A DNA stretch of 64,000 nucleotides from Spirochaetia bacterium (GTDB lineage Bacteria > Spirochaetota > Spirochaetia > UBA9216): NCBI GenBank assembly GCA_963677925.2, contig CAXXYH010000003.1, positions 1,984,001-2,048,000 on the forward strand. The letters run 5' to 3'. Positions 30,732 to 41,640 of this stretch are shown in pieces. The notes beneath the pieces are model-generated. The model was given only the letters and a program-made list of their open reading frames with translations. It was not told where the DNA came from and made no database searches. Numbering within the stretch: position 1 is the first letter of the stretch; each line of letters starts with the position of its first letter. A program made the position numbers and the translations under genes.

Positions 30732-31822
30732 AAATTATTTTTGTAAAAAGAAAGGCCTATTCCGCTCCGGCTACAGTTCTTACACCGGTAATCTCATTTG
30801 CAGTTTCACTCATTCTTACGGCAGTAATGCTCGGGATTTTTGACATAAACCCGTTTATAACATTTTCGGCAATGCTCCGCGGAGCATTCGGTTCAATGCG
30901 TGACTTCAGTGAAACACTGGTCAAGGCAATTCCGCTTATGCTTGCAAGCCTCGGAGTTTCAATTGCCTTCAGACTGAAATTCTGGAATATCGGAGCAGAA
31001 GGACAGATTGTTTTCGGAGGCATAGCCGCGGCCTGGGTTGCGCTTTTCTGGTCGTCCTGGCTTCCGCCCTTTCTGCTTCTGCCGGTTACGCTGATAATCG
31101 GAGCCGCAGCAGGCGGACTGTGGGCGGGCATTCCTGCACTGTTGAAGATAAAACTGAAAACCGATGAGACCCTCACGACTCTGATGCTCAACTACATCGC
31201 AATACTTATCTATGACGGAATATACCACGGCCCATGGAGAGACCCCGAAGGTTTCGGGTTCCCGGGTTCCGCAAAGTTTCCTGAAGCCGCGTGGCTGCCC
31301 CGTTTTTACGGAAGGGCGCATGCGGGACTTTTCCTTGCCCTGATAATCGCAGTACTGCTTTGGTTTGTGGTTTACAAGACCCGCTGGGGCTTTGAACTGC
31401 AGATGATCGGAAAAAACCGTAGGGCGGCAAGGGTACTTGGTGTAAGCATAGAACGGAATATAATGCTGGCCCTGCTGGTATCGGGTGCTGTAGCCGGACT
31501 TGCCGGAGCCACTGAGGTAACCGGAATAGCCCGAAGGCTGCAGCAGGGTCTTTCCCTCGGTTACGGGTATACAGCAATAATTATTGCCTGGATGAGTCAG
31601 CTCAACCCCATTGCCTGTATTTTCACTTCAGTGGTAATGGCCGGACTTCTGGTCGGAGGCGACAGCGTTCAGATTATGATGCAGCTGCCGGCTGCGATGG
31701 GACAGGTTATGCAGGGAATGATACTCTTTCCGATACTTGCCGGTTCGGTATTCACTGACTACAGGCTGAAAATCATCAGAAGCAGGGCATCGGACAATAA
31801 AAGTATGGAGGCTTCAGAATGA
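30728..31822 (+). CDS. ABC permease (BPD_transp_2)
   Basis: WNIGAEGQ, TLMLNYIA, many TM segments. ATGA overlap with the upstream gene. Confidence 0.9.
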   Translation: MKIIFVKRKAYSAPATVLTPVISFAVSLILTAVMLGIFDINPFITFSAMLRGAFGSMRDFSETLVKAIPLMLASLGVSIAFRLKFWNIGAEGQIVFGGIAAAWVALFWSSWLPPFLLLPVTLIIGAAAGGLWAGIPALLKIKLKTDETLTTLMLNYIAILIYDGIYHGPWRDPEGFGFPGSAKFPEAAWLPRFYGRAHAGLFLALIIAVLLWFVVYKTRWGFELQMIGKNRRAARVLGVSIERNIMLALLVSGAVAGLAGATEVTGIARRLQQGLSLGYGYTAIIIAWMSQLNPIACIFTSVVMAGLLVGGDSVQIMMQLPAAMGQVMQGMILFPILAGSVFTDYRLKIIRSRASDNKSMEASE

Positions 31823-32772
31823 TAGCCATAATAGCATCAGTACTGGCTATTACACTGAAGGCCGGTACTTCACTTATATATGCAACAATCGGAGAGATAT
31901 ACTCCGAGAAATCGGGTGTGCTTAACCTCGGTGTTGAAGGGACTATGCTGATGGGGGCGGTGACTTCCTTTGCGGTTTCCTACTACACACAGAATCTTTT
32001 CGCAGCCCTGCTTGCCGCCTGCGCCGTAGGAGCGGTGCTGTCGCTTATTCATGCCTTTCTCACAGTTACAATGAGGGCCCAGCAGGTTGTAAGCGGACTC
32101 AGCATTACACTCTTCGGAACCGGAATGGCAAGCTTCCTGGGCCAGACAGTAGGCCCGGAGACAAACAGCAGCTACCTCGCCGGACTGACTGCAGCCAAAT
32201 TTTCAACGCTTTCAATCCCCGGCCTCTCTAAGATTCCACTTATAGGGGTACTGTTCAATCAGGACATTCTGACATATATCGTGCTGATTCTTCTTCCGGT
32301 CTCCTGGTTTTTCATGTACAAGACAAGACACGGCCTGAATCTGAGGGCGGTTGGAGAAAGCCCTGAAACCGCTGACGCGATGGGAATAAACGTAGCCAGG
32401 ACAAGGTATATCTATACAATATTCGGCGGGATGATGTCCGCAGTCGGAGGCGCCCACCTGGCCCTCTCCTACACTCCGGGGTGGATTGAAAACATAACCG
32501 GAGGACGGGGCTGGATAGTAATAGCCCTTGTAATTTTCTCACTCTGGAACCCATCAAGGGCTATCTGGGGAGCGGTGCTGTTTGGAGGAATCAACGCAGT
32601 GCAGTTCAGGCTTCAGGCCTCAGGCACGGATATTCCGGCAACCTTCCTGAACATGCTGCCCTACATAGCGACCATTGTTGTACTTGTAATAATAACAGTC
32701 TGGGAAAACCGTAAGAGCCTTTCAGGGCCTCCCCAGGCACTGGGAAATCCCTATGTCAGGGAAGATAAATAG
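31819..32772 (+). CDS. ABC permease (BPD_transp_2)
   Basis: EKSGVLNLGVEG, LRAVGESP, GRGWIVIALV, MLPY, PQALG.PY. Confidence 0.9.
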   Translation: MIAIIASVLAITLKAGTSLIYATIGEIYSEKSGVLNLGVEGTMLMGAVTSFAVSYYTQNLFAALLAACAVGAVLSLIHAFLTVTMRAQQVVSGLSITLFGTGMASFLGQTVGPETNSSYLAGLTAAKFSTLSIPGLSKIPLIGVLFNQDILTYIVLILLPVSWFFMYKTRHGLNLRAVGESPETADAMGINVARTRYIYTIFGGMMSAVGGAHLALSYTPGWIENITGGRGWIVIALVIFSLWNPSRAIWGAVLFGGINAVQFRLQASGTDIPATFLNMLPYIATIVVLVIITVWENRKSLSGPPQALGNPYVREDK

Positions 32773-32781
32773 CAGACAGAC

Positions 32782-32815
32782 AGGAGCCGGATCTTTCAGC
32801 CGGCTCCTTTTTTTT
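32782..32815 (+). terminator. Intrinsic terminator
   Basis: AGGAGCCGG/CCGGCTCCT stem followed by a T run. Confidence 0.8.
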
Positions 32816-33449
32816 AATACCCCAGGTCCTCGCCGATAAGAATCACTTTAATCCGGCCTGCACTCCAGCTTCTTCTGGTAATTACAATATTGCTGCAGAT
32901 ACAGTCGTCTGAAAGACAGTCGCCGCAGCGTCCGGTCTTTCCGCAGGGAGTATTTTTATCAAGCCTTACTGCATTCTGCGGTGAAGCAACATTGTTTACC
33001 CTTGAAAGGGCTTCCTTTTCATCAGCAGCAACCTTGTTCATCCCGACAACAATAATCACACGGGCAGGCCCGAAAAGCAGCGCCGCAAGGCGGTTGCCTC
33101 TTCCGTCGATATTCACAAGCTTTCCATCCGCTGTTATGGCATTGGTTCCCATAAAATAATAATCACAGCTGAAGGCCTTGTGATATATCTCATCGGTTTC
33201 GGCTGGCGTTTCCGCCCTGTCCCTGTCCAGAAGATTAAAATTTCCGTTTCTGAGTGCGTCATGAAAACCGGCCTGTGCAAGAGAAACCGATCCGCCCCAG
33301 CTCACCGTTGAACCTTCAGGAATATCAGCCATGACAGCCTTAAGAGCGGAGGCGGAATCATCGTAGTATTCGGCATCCATATTCCGTTTTCTGATTTCTG
33401 AAAGCAGTTTTTTTGACATAGTTGAGTAGTATTTTTTTTTCACATCCAT
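32814..33449 (-). CDS. LUD domain (lactate utilization family) protein
   Basis: VSWGGS, TNAITADGKLVNIDGRGNR, VGMNKV, TPC..TG.C.DC....IC. Confidence 0.88.
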   Translation of the reverse strand: MDVKKKYYSTMSKKLLSEIRKRNMDAEYYDDSASALKAVMADIPEGSTVSWGGSVSLAQAGFHDALRNGNFNLLDRDRAETPAETDEIYHKAFSCDYYFMGTNAITADGKLVNIDGRGNRLAALLFGPARVIIVVGMNKVAADEKEALSRVNNVASPQNAVRLDKNTPCGKTGRCGDCLSDDCICSNIVITRRSWSAGRIKVILIGEDLGY

Positions 33450-33506
33450 AATTTTTAAAATCTATCACATAATTTTATTATATGATATCATTCGGAATAA
33501 TTTATT

Positions 33507-35060
33507 ATGGTAAAAGAAAATCAGCTATTAGATGAAACAGTTAGACTGTGTTCTGCACTGGCACGTGAGAACCGTCTGAAATCACTTTTCTCAATACTTG
33601 TAGAACAGACACTTGATATCAGCCGCTCCGAACTTGCGGGGCTCTACATATATCCGGAGCCTGATAAGGATCCCGAACTTGTATACAAAAGGGGCTGGCA
33701 CGAGATCCCCGTAAAACTGAACCGGAAATCAGAGCTTGTTAATTTCCTGGAAGACTGCGGCGAGGCTGTTGTTCTCAACAGCCGGAAACCAAGCCCCTTC
33801 TCTGAAGTTCTGCTTACAGAGGTGATGAACAGCGGTATTATCCTCCCCCTGAATGCCCCCGGCGAACGGATTGGCCTTCTGATTCTGAACTCGGATGCAG
33901 AGGGTTTCTACCGTGGAGAAAGGTTCAAATTCCTCGAATCAGCGGCCAAATTTACCGGGGGAATGCTACATAACTCGATTCTATACTCCCAGCTGCAGGA
34001 ACAGTTCAGGGTAATTGAAACAATGGAGCGCTACCAGGAAGGAATCTTTACATCGATGTCCGATTTCCTTATTACCACCGATCCTAACGGAAGTATACAC
34101 TATTTCAATGACGCGGCTGCGGAAAAGCTCGGCCTTAACGACGGGCATATCGGGAGTGACCTGAAAGACTTCTTCAAAAAGAAACTTACGCCCAGAGTCA
34201 TAAACACAATCTCCGAATCTGAAAAGAACAGCAGCATAATCCTCGGCCTCGAAGGCATATTCAAGGGTGAAAGTACAAACATAGATTACTCCCTCAACAT
34301 AACGCCGCTTCAGAGCAAACGCGGCCGGAAAGAGGGACTTACCCTGATCTTCAAGGATCAGAGTGCGGAAAAGGAACTGAAAAACAAGGTAAATATCGCT
34401 GTCGAAGAACGCAGAATTATTAAGGATATGTTCTCAAGGTATCTTTCCCACGAAATAGTCAATCATCTCATGGAACAGCCTGAACTGGTAAATCCCGGAG
34501 GCTCCAAAAAGACAGCAACCGTATTATTTGCCGATATCAGGGGATATACATCCTTCTCCGAAGGACAGGAACCTGAATTTATTATTGAAATTCTCAACGA
34601 ATACTTCCGTGAAGCTGTAGAGCTTGTCATTCAGCACGGAGGATATATCGATAAATTCATAGGCGACTGTATTATGGCGGCATGGGGAGTCCCGCTTTCA
34701 GATGAGAGGGAAGACGCAGTAAAGGCTGTAGAGTGTGCTGTGGAAATACAGAGACTTGTATCATCCAAACAGCGCCAATTCTTTACAGGGCCTGCACAAT
34801 CTCTTAAGATTGGTATAGGGATGCATACCGGCCCGCTTGTCGCAGGAAACCTTGGCAGTTCACGTAGAATGGATTATTCAGTCATCGGTGATACGGTGAA
34901 TCTGGCCGCAAGACTTGAAGGTGTTGCCGGTGCAAATGAGATAATTATCACTGATTCAACAAAAGCCCTGCTTGATAACCGTTTTAAACTAGAAAAACGT
35001 GCACCGGTAATGGTTAAGGGCAAAGTGAAACCAATAGAAATATATAATGTCGCGATTTAG
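33507..35060 (+). CDS. GAF-PAS class III adenylate cyclase
   Basis: Canonical LFADIRGYT, DKFIGD, GMHTG, DYSVIGDTVNLAARLE and VKGK motifs. Confidence 0.92.
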   Translation: MVKENQLLDETVRLCSALARENRLKSLFSILVEQTLDISRSELAGLYIYPEPDKDPELVYKRGWHEIPVKLNRKSELVNFLEDCGEAVVLNSRKPSPFSEVLLTEVMNSGIILPLNAPGERIGLLILNSDAEGFYRGERFKFLESAAKFTGGMLHNSILYSQLQEQFRVIETMERYQEGIFTSMSDFLITTDPNGSIHYFNDAAAEKLGLNDGHIGSDLKDFFKKKLTPRVINTISESEKNSSIILGLEGIFKGESTNIDYSLNITPLQSKRGRKEGLTLIFKDQSAEKELKNKVNIAVEERRIIKDMFSRYLSHEIVNHLMEQPELVNPGGSKKTATVLFADIRGYTSFSEGQEPEFIIEILNEYFREAVELVIQHGGYIDKFIGDCIMAAWGVPLSDEREDAVKAVECAVEIQRLVSSKQRQFFTGPAQSLKIGIGMHTGPLVAGNLGSSRRMDYSVIGDTVNLAARLEGVAGANEIIITDSTKALLDNRFKLEKRAPVMVKGKVKPIEIYNVAI

Positions 35061-35081
35061 CGGCTATGGAGGAATATTCAG

Positions 35082-37655
35082 ATGGAGATAATCCCCGGAT
35101 TAATAATGCCGCTATGGGCAATTATTCTAATATTAAGCGCTGTAACGGCAATCATTATCTTTGTTCTTATCAAGCTGCTGCTCAACTTCCGCTTTCTTAA
35201 GACCTGCGACAAGGCCTGCTGTGATGAAGAACTGCTGAAGGCTTTTCTGGAAAAGTATCCGCCGGGGGCACGCCTTAGAAAGACCCGGCTGATTCAGAGA
35301 GCCTCAGAAAAAAACGAGAGAGACTTCATTGCATCAACAGGACTCGACATACTTTGGGAGGAAAGGCTCAGATCAAACCGGAGGATTTCCGATCTTAAAA
35401 AGCTGTTGAAATACTACCCCGACCGGGGCTTGTTTTACTGTCTTGAAGCAGGGCCCTCAAAGCCCGGATTCGGAAAAATCCTTGCAAAAAAAACAGCTGA
35501 CAGCAGTGATGAACTGCTGCTGAAACGAATTGCAATAGCGGGAAAGGGCACCGATTTCAGCGGAAAATATGCAGCTTCGCTTATTCCCGATCAGCTACAG
35601 AACCTTCTTGAAATGACCGGAGACCCGGAGTGGCAGGTCAGATTTTTCGCCCTTAAGCTGTTAATTCATTACAGCGATAAAAGAGCTGAGCGTGCAGGCT
35701 GGGAGGCATTCAAAGATCCGGCTTTTCGAATCCGTGCAGCCCTTGCTACAGAATTCAAGACGGCAGACAAAAAAATGCTTGGAAAACATCTGCTGGAACT
35801 GCTCAAGGATGACCCGTCTTTCACAGTGAGAACTGCTTCCAGAAAGCGTCTGGACAGCGATTATCCGGAGTTCTACCGTATAGACACCGGAGACCTTAAT
35901 AAAACCCAGCTTTTCCATGTACTCGAACAGCTTCATGACGACTCAAAGGAAGATGAAAATACCGCTCTGCAGTATTTAATTTCTGATGATATGGAAATCA
36001 GGCTTCAGGCTGCGGTATATCTGCAGAGACAGAATGCGCTGAGCCGCCTTTTTATAAAAGCCGATCTGGGAGACAAAGAAGGATACAGGCGCGTATCTAC
36101 CCTCCTGGCGAACGCATGCGATGTTAACTGTACAAATTTTCTCGAAAAAATAGGGACTGTAGAAAACCCTGCTTCAATAATGCTGGCTGCGGATCTGCTG
36201 AAGCAGAACGGCAGCCGGAAATTTGTTGACTACCTTGCCGAAAGAATCTTTGCTCCGGCACTTGAAGCAAATGCGAAAGAAGCATTCATTGAGCTGTATG
36301 CTTCCGGTGTGGAATGTATTGCGCTTCGGGGCAGTGATGATGCACTGAGACTGATGGATAAGGAGCTTAAAAAATCAGCTGATGATCCGGTTAGACTCGG
36401 CATACTGCTTAAAGCTCTTCCTGAGCGCGGAGAGGATATATTCATACCAACCCTGCTAAATTTTCTGACTGAGGGTAATTTCTGCAAGCCGGATCTTCTC
36501 AGACACACTATAGAGCGTTTCTCTGTTTCAACCTACCTTGAAGTGCTGATTTCCATTCTTCACAATGAAGGCAGCGGCTACGGGGATAATATCCGGAAAG
36601 AAGCCTTTAAAATACTCGGTGAACTTAGAATGCCCTGCTGTCTCCAGGTAATACTTGAAAACCTCACAATATTGTCTCCGGGCCAGCAGCAGGAATTTGC
36701 CGCCCTTCTTGCGGAATACGCTCCGGATGTTTTCGAACAGCGGGTTTCCGATCTGCTTGAGTCTGTTGATGCGGCCGTCAAGGCATCACTTATCAGCAGC
36801 CTCCCGGCAACCGGAATGACAAGTTTTGTGAAAACAATTAAGGATGCAGCCGGAGATTCGGATCCGGAGGTAAGAATAGCCGGGGTAAGAGCTCTGGCCG
36901 GATTCGGAGAGACGAAGGTTATCGGTCAGATGACAGCCATGCTCAGGGATCCTGTTGAAAGAGTCAGAATGGAATCAGCTGAGGTAATAGCGGCTTCCGG
37001 ACCTGCTGCAGCACTAACGGAACTTGAAAAAATTATAAAGGATCCTAATGAGGTAGATCCTGTCAAGAAAGCAGCAGTAATAGGACTTGGTTATTCCGAA
37101 CGTGAAGAATCAGTCGGAATCCTTGTAAATCTGCTGAAGGACCCCGACCTTGCCGATACAGCCGTACAGGCTCTCAGCGTAAAGAAACCGGGCAAGCTTC
37201 TCAAGCTTCTGCTTGAATACTTCAAGGATGCCTCCCCCGAAGTCAGGGACCGTATAGCCGAATCCTTTAAACTGATGGGCAGCAGTATAGAACCCGAAAT
37301 TGTTTCAATACTGAAAGAAAACATCACATCACTGCATGGAGTGCTTGCCGACATTCTGCTGAAAACCGGATACATTGATACAACAATGAAGAAACTTCTG
37401 CACAGAAATCCCGATGTAAGAAAGGACGCTGCTTCAGTTCTCAGCCTGATAAAAACAAAGGAAGCATTTAAGGGTATAGTACTCGCTTCAAGGGACCCGG
37501 ATCAGAATGTTCGGGTTGAAGTGCTCAAGGCCCTTGAAATGCTTAACACCAAAGAGGGCAAACCGATTCTTGAAGAGCTGAAAAATGACCCGGACAAACG
37601 TGTCCGTAAATACACGCTCTGGGCTCTGGAGCGTCTTGACGCTAAGTCGGAATAG
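35082..37655 (+). CDS. Membrane-anchored HEAT-repeat protein
   Basis: N-terminal TM segment and repeated DP..VR..A...L units (DPEWQVR, DSDPEVR, DPVERVR, DPDQNVR, DPDKRVR). Confidence 0.85.
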   Translation: MEIIPGLIMPLWAIILILSAVTAIIIFVLIKLLLNFRFLKTCDKACCDEELLKAFLEKYPPGARLRKTRLIQRASEKNERDFIASTGLDILWEERLRSNRRISDLKKLLKYYPDRGLFYCLEAGPSKPGFGKILAKKTADSSDELLLKRIAIAGKGTDFSGKYAASLIPDQLQNLLEMTGDPEWQVRFFALKLLIHYSDKRAERAGWEAFKDPAFRIRAALATEFKTADKKMLGKHLLELLKDDPSFTVRTASRKRLDSDYPEFYRIDTGDLNKTQLFHVLEQLHDDSKEDENTALQYLISDDMEIRLQAAVYLQRQNALSRLFIKADLGDKEGYRRVSTLLANACDVNCTNFLEKIGTVENPASIMLAADLLKQNGSRKFVDYLAERIFAPALEANAKEAFIELYASGVECIALRGSDDALRLMDKELKKSADDPVRLGILLKALPERGEDIFIPTLLNFLTEGNFCKPDLLRHTIERFSVSTYLEVLISILHNEGSGYGDNIRKEAFKILGELRMPCCLQVILENLTILSPGQQQEFAALLAEYAPDVFEQRVSDLLESVDAAVKASLISSLPATGMTSFVKTIKDAAGDSDPEVRIAGVRALAGFGETKVIGQMTAMLRDPVERVRMESAEVIAASGPAAALTELEKIIKDPNEVDPVKKAAVIGLGYSEREESVGILVNLLKDPDLADTAVQALSVKKPGKLLKLLLEYFKDASPEVRDRIAESFKLMGSSIEPEIVSILKENITSLHGVLADILLKTGYIDTTMKKLLHRNPDVRKDAASVLSLIKTKEAFKGIVLASRDPDQNVRVEVLKALEMLNTKEGKPILEELKNDPDKRVRKYTLWALERLDAKSE

Positions 37656-37658
37656 CAG

Positions 37659-39311
37659 ATGTCCGAACCCAGTTGGTGGTACGGTACCAATGTGTACCAG
37701 ATTTACCCCCGTTCCTTCTCCGATTCCAATAACGACGGAATCGGAGATATCCGCGGAATAATCAGCAGGCTCGACTACATAAAGGAAACCGGGTTTGAAA
37801 CAATCTGGTGTTCACCCTTCTATCCGAGTCCGCAGAAGGACTTCGGCTACGACATATCCGACTACCGCGGTATAGCTCCGGAGTACGGCAGTATGGATGA
37901 CTATTTCAGGCTCGTTGAGGAAATTCACAAAAGAGACATGAAAATAATCCTTGATATGGTTCTTAATCATACAAGCGACGAACATCCATGGTTCAGGGAA
38001 TCAGCCTCTTCCCTGGGCAATCCCCGGAGGGACTGGTATGTGTGGAAGGACGGCCGCGGAAGACGCCCGCCGAACAACTGGCTGAGCCAGGTTTCCGGTT
38101 CGGGCTGGCACTATTCCGACACAACAGGACAGTGGTACTGGGCCTCATTCCTGCCCTTCCAGCCGGATTTGAACTACCGGAACCAGGAGGTCAAAAACGA
38201 GATGCTGGACACACTGCGGTTCTGGCTTGAACGCGGAGCCGACGGTTTCAGGCTGGATATAATAGGAAGCATCTTCGAAGATGCGGATTTCAGAAACAAC
38301 CCGGCATCACTGAAACTTTTTCCTGACGAAACCCATGAAGGTATGCTTTTTAAAAGCACAAAAATGACGCACAATCTGCCCGAAAGTATTGAATTCACCA
38401 AAGAACTCAGAAGGGTCACAGAGGAGTTTCAGAATCCTCCCCGGATACTTGTAGGGGAGACATTCGGAACTCCCGATGATATCGCGGAATTCTGCAGAAA
38501 CCGGGGTCTGCACGCAGCGTTTGCCTTTAAATGCGCATCCGAACCCTTTACAGCCCCTTCGTTTCGAAAACTGATTCAAGAATACGAAGACTGTTTTGAA
38601 TATCCGCTTTCCCCATGCTGGGCTTTTTCAAATCATGACAGAATAAGGCGCTACTCTGCGCTCGGGAATAATGAAAAAAAAGCAGTGCTAAACTTGGTCT
38701 TCCAGCTGACGGTACGTGGTATTCCCTTCATCTACAACGGAGAAGAAATTGGGATGTCGAACGGAAGGATACCCGGAAAGCTGTCACTTGATCCGGTTTC
38801 AGAAGGCTTCAACAGGCTGCCCGGGCCGGTTTTTAACTTTATAGACCGGAAAGTAGGCTGTGCCCTGAATCGCGACAACTGCAGAACACCGATGCAATGG
38901 ACCTCCGAGCAAAACGCAGGCTTCACGGCTTCCGGAGCAGTGCCATGGCTGCCGATTAATTCTGATTACAAAACTGTTAATGCAGAAATACAGCAGAAGG
39001 ATGCCGGTTCACTCTACAACTGCTGCCGCCGCTTCCTTCATTTCAGAAACAGCAGCACTGCACTGCGATTCGGAAGCATTGAACTGCTGCCGGAAGACAG
39101 TCTTCCAGGGGGCGTACTTGGATACCGCCGAAAATATAAAGATGAGGAATGCCTTGTTCTTTTAAATTTTACCGGAAAGAAAAAAAAGCTCGGGGCAGGC
39201 CCCGCTGAGAGTTTCAGAAAAAGGATTTCAACACAGCCCGAAGGTTCAGCTCCGGAAACCGGAGATATAAGCCTGTCGGACTATGAAGGACTCGTCTTTT
39301 ACAATCAGTAA
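37659..39311 (+). CDS. GH13 alpha-glucosidase / oligo-1,6-glucosidase
   Basis: YQIYPRSF, DFGYDISDY, DMVLNHTSDEH, QPDLN, DGFRLD, VGE, SNHD. Confidence 0.92.
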   Translation: MSEPSWWYGTNVYQIYPRSFSDSNNDGIGDIRGIISRLDYIKETGFETIWCSPFYPSPQKDFGYDISDYRGIAPEYGSMDDYFRLVEEIHKRDMKIILDMVLNHTSDEHPWFRESASSLGNPRRDWYVWKDGRGRRPPNNWLSQVSGSGWHYSDTTGQWYWASFLPFQPDLNYRNQEVKNEMLDTLRFWLERGADGFRLDIIGSIFEDADFRNNPASLKLFPDETHEGMLFKSTKMTHNLPESIEFTKELRRVTEEFQNPPRILVGETFGTPDDIAEFCRNRGLHAAFAFKCASEPFTAPSFRKLIQEYEDCFEYPLSPCWAFSNHDRIRRYSALGNNEKKAVLNLVFQLTVRGIPFIYNGEEIGMSNGRIPGKLSLDPVSEGFNRLPGPVFNFIDRKVGCALNRDNCRTPMQWTSEQNAGFTASGAVPWLPINSDYKTVNAEIQQKDAGSLYNCCRRFLHFRNSSTALRFGSIELLPEDSLPGGVLGYRRKYKDEECLVLLNFTGKKKKLGAGPAESFRKRISTQPEGSAPETGDISLSDYEGLVFYNQ

Positions 39312-39335
39312 AAACGTGTATTTGTTGTTCAGGCC

Positions 39336-39785
39336 CTATTCAAGGCATATAATTCTGTAAACATCAGCGGGAGTTTCAGCGGCCATCAGTTTCTGACGGT
39401 GTTCATCATCCCTTAAAACCCTGCTTATTTCAGCCAGAAACTGAACGTGCGGTCCTGTACGGTGTGCGGGAGAGACGGTCATTATAAAAATCCTGCTTGG
39501 CAGTCCATCAAGCGATTTAAAGTCAATGCCTTCCCTTGTTATACCGACACAGGCAACAAGCTCATCGACGGCATCAGTCTTCCCGTGGGGAATGGCAATA
39601 CCGGTTTCCATACCGGTCGACATTTTGGCTTCACGGTCGAATATGCATTCCCGGACTTTGGCTTTATCTGATATCTTTCCTGAAACACTCAATAATTCTA
39701 TCAGAGAGTCTATGATCTCTGTTTTTGTGTTTCCTTTTAAATCTGTCGTAATTAATTCTTCAGTGAGTACTCTTTTAAGATCCAT
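39336..39785 (-). CDS. Stand-alone PTS EIIA (Ntr/Fru type) protein
   Basis: RE..MSTG...GIAIPHGK with the phospho-His, and FKSLDG. Confidence 0.9.
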   Translation of the reverse strand: MDLKRVLTEELITTDLKGNTKTEIIDSLIELLSVSGKISDKAKVRECIFDREAKMSTGMETGIAIPHGKTDAVDELVACVGITREGIDFKSLDGLPSRIFIMTVSPAHRTGPHVQFLAEISRVLRDDEHRQKLMAAETPADVYRIICLE

Positions 39786-39792
39786 GTATGCA

Positions 39793-39821
39793 AGGATAAA
39801 TCCAGGTTAAGTAATTGTCAA
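39793..39821 (-). promoter_or_regulatory. Sigma70-type promoter of the EIIA gene, apparently leaderless
   Basis: TTGACA, 17 bp, TATCCT, then 7 nt to the ATG at 39785. No SD sequence. Confidence 0.6.
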
Positions 39822-39867
39822 CTATAGTCTTCAGACTATTGCATTTTTAGAATATTGAGGCTTGCAG

Positions 39868-41604
39868 CTACTCTTCATCGGATTTAAGATCGCTTATCTG
39901 GGCAAACTCATCCCTGCATTTAATAAAAGCTTCAACGATATCGGGATCAAAATGCCGGCCGCTTTCCTCAGTGATAAGTTTGACGGCCTCTTCATGCGAG
40001 AAGGGTTTCTTATACGGACGTTCACTCCTGAGGGCATCATAAACATCGGCAAGCCCGACAATGCGTGCAGAGAGCGGGATTTCCGTGCCCTTTAGACCCT
40101 CCGGGTATCCGCTTCCATCCCATTTTTCATGATGATAGGAAGCTACTTCCTTACCTATTGTAAGAAAGGATTTATGACCTACATCATCGGCAATAACACT
40201 TAAGGCATCACCCCCCATCTTGGAGTGGGATTTCATCATCTCAAATTCTTCTTCAGAGAATTTCCCGGCCTTAAGCAGGACTGAATCCTTGATGCCGACC
40301 TTTCCGATATCATGCAGGACCGAGGAGAGCGAGAGGTCGTCTATATATTCCGGAGTGATGTAGCCCATATATTCTGAATGCTCACTCAAAGACTCTGCAA
40401 GCGCCCTCGTATAATCCTGGACACGTTCAAGGTGTCCGCCGGTACAGTGGTCACGGTACTCGGTCAGCTTTGCAAACCCCATGATGGCGGCAGCCTGGGT
40501 CTCCTTGAGCTGATAGAGTGAGTCGGTAAGCTGCTTCTCAAGCCGAATCTTTGTTGTAAGGTCTTTTTCAAGAACAAAGAGGGCGAACATGCCTTCACCG
40601 CTCAAATCTACAATATAATAGGTTACGTAGGTATACAGCAGCCCGCCGTTCTGACGTTTTCGCGGTATACCGATTTCTACATACCTTCCGCCGTTCTCCC
40701 GTGTAAGGTTGATAATCTCAAGAATATCGGGCCTGTCCGAACCGGCGGAGAAATACTTGTCATAATCTTCTCCCAGAACCTCTACCCGGCTGTATCCGTA
40801 CATGCTCTCGGCAGCGCTGTTCATATTCACAATCTTGCCGAGTTCATCAACAATAACGATGGATGAGGCGAAGTATTCAAAGAGCCTGTTATAGTTTGTC
40901 TGGCTGGCATCAAGCTGAGCCTTCAGAAGTTCCTCTCTTGAAAGGTCCTGAAAATGCGCAGTGTAGCCGGAAAGATCATAGTGTTCATCAAAATGCGGCC
41001 ATATTGTTTCAAAAAACTTCTTTTCAGCCCCGTCTTTTGATTTCAGACTGGCTGTCTGACTTAAAACAGTTCTTGATTCCACAAGGGTTCTTTTTCTGAG
41101 GTTGAAGGCATCCTTATCAGTATACAGCGAATCGGCCCCCTTAACTGACTTGAGATTCCAGCCCAGAAGTTCGGTGAAAGCGGGATTTGCTGTAATTATA
41201 TTACCCCTGATATCCATGGATACTACAGGGTCCGGAAGATTATAATAAAGATGCTTGTATACATTCCCCGTCCATGGAGCCAGTTTCTTTTCCTGAAATT
41301 CTTCAAGACGCAGAAGGAGAAGTTCATCGTTTTTCCCCTGGGCTATGTAGGTATATTTAAATTTAGATTCTTCATCTTTTCTGGATTTAATGCTGGCAGT
41401 ATGCTCAATCCCCTCCCCTCCGAACAGTTTAAAATTGGAGAGGAAAGTATGCTGATCGTCAAGAACAGACTGGAGCTCCAGATCCGTCATTTCCAGAAAT
41501 CGCTGGTTTATAAACTTTATCCGCCAGTCTTTCCGGTCAAGAAGAAGAAGCCCGTCCTGTGAGTTTTCAAATATCCTGATATAAAAATCCAGTTCTCCCG
41601 ACAT
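39868..41604 (-). CDS. PAS-domain HD-GYP phosphodiesterase
   Basis: Multiple PAS repeats, then RD..TGGHLERV, LHDIGKVG, HHEKWDGSGYP, ADVYDAL..RPYK. Confidence 0.92.
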   Translation of the reverse strand: MSGELDFYIRIFENSQDGLLLLDRKDWRIKFINQRFLEMTDLELQSVLDDQHTFLSNFKLFGGEGIEHTASIKSRKDEESKFKYTYIAQGKNDELLLLRLEEFQEKKLAPWTGNVYKHLYYNLPDPVVSMDIRGNIITANPAFTELLGWNLKSVKGADSLYTDKDAFNLRKRTLVESRTVLSQTASLKSKDGAEKKFFETIWPHFDEHYDLSGYTAHFQDLSREELLKAQLDASQTNYNRLFEYFASSIVIVDELGKIVNMNSAAESMYGYSRVEVLGEDYDKYFSAGSDRPDILEIINLTRENGGRYVEIGIPRKRQNGGLLYTYVTYYIVDLSGEGMFALFVLEKDLTTKIRLEKQLTDSLYQLKETQAAAIMGFAKLTEYRDHCTGGHLERVQDYTRALAESLSEHSEYMGYITPEYIDDLSLSSVLHDIGKVGIKDSVLLKAGKFSEEEFEMMKSHSKMGGDALSVIADDVGHKSFLTIGKEVASYHHEKWDGSGYPEGLKGTEIPLSARIVGLADVYDALRSERPYKKPFSHEEAVKLITEESGRHFDPDIVEAFIKCRDEFAQISDLKSDEE

Positions 41605-41640
41605 ACTTTTAATAACCTTTTATACTAAACAATGCAAAAA

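Noticed and set aside
33432-33440. A9 run at the start of the LUD gene as a phase-variation tract
   Set aside because: It is in frame (Lys codons) and the gene is intact.
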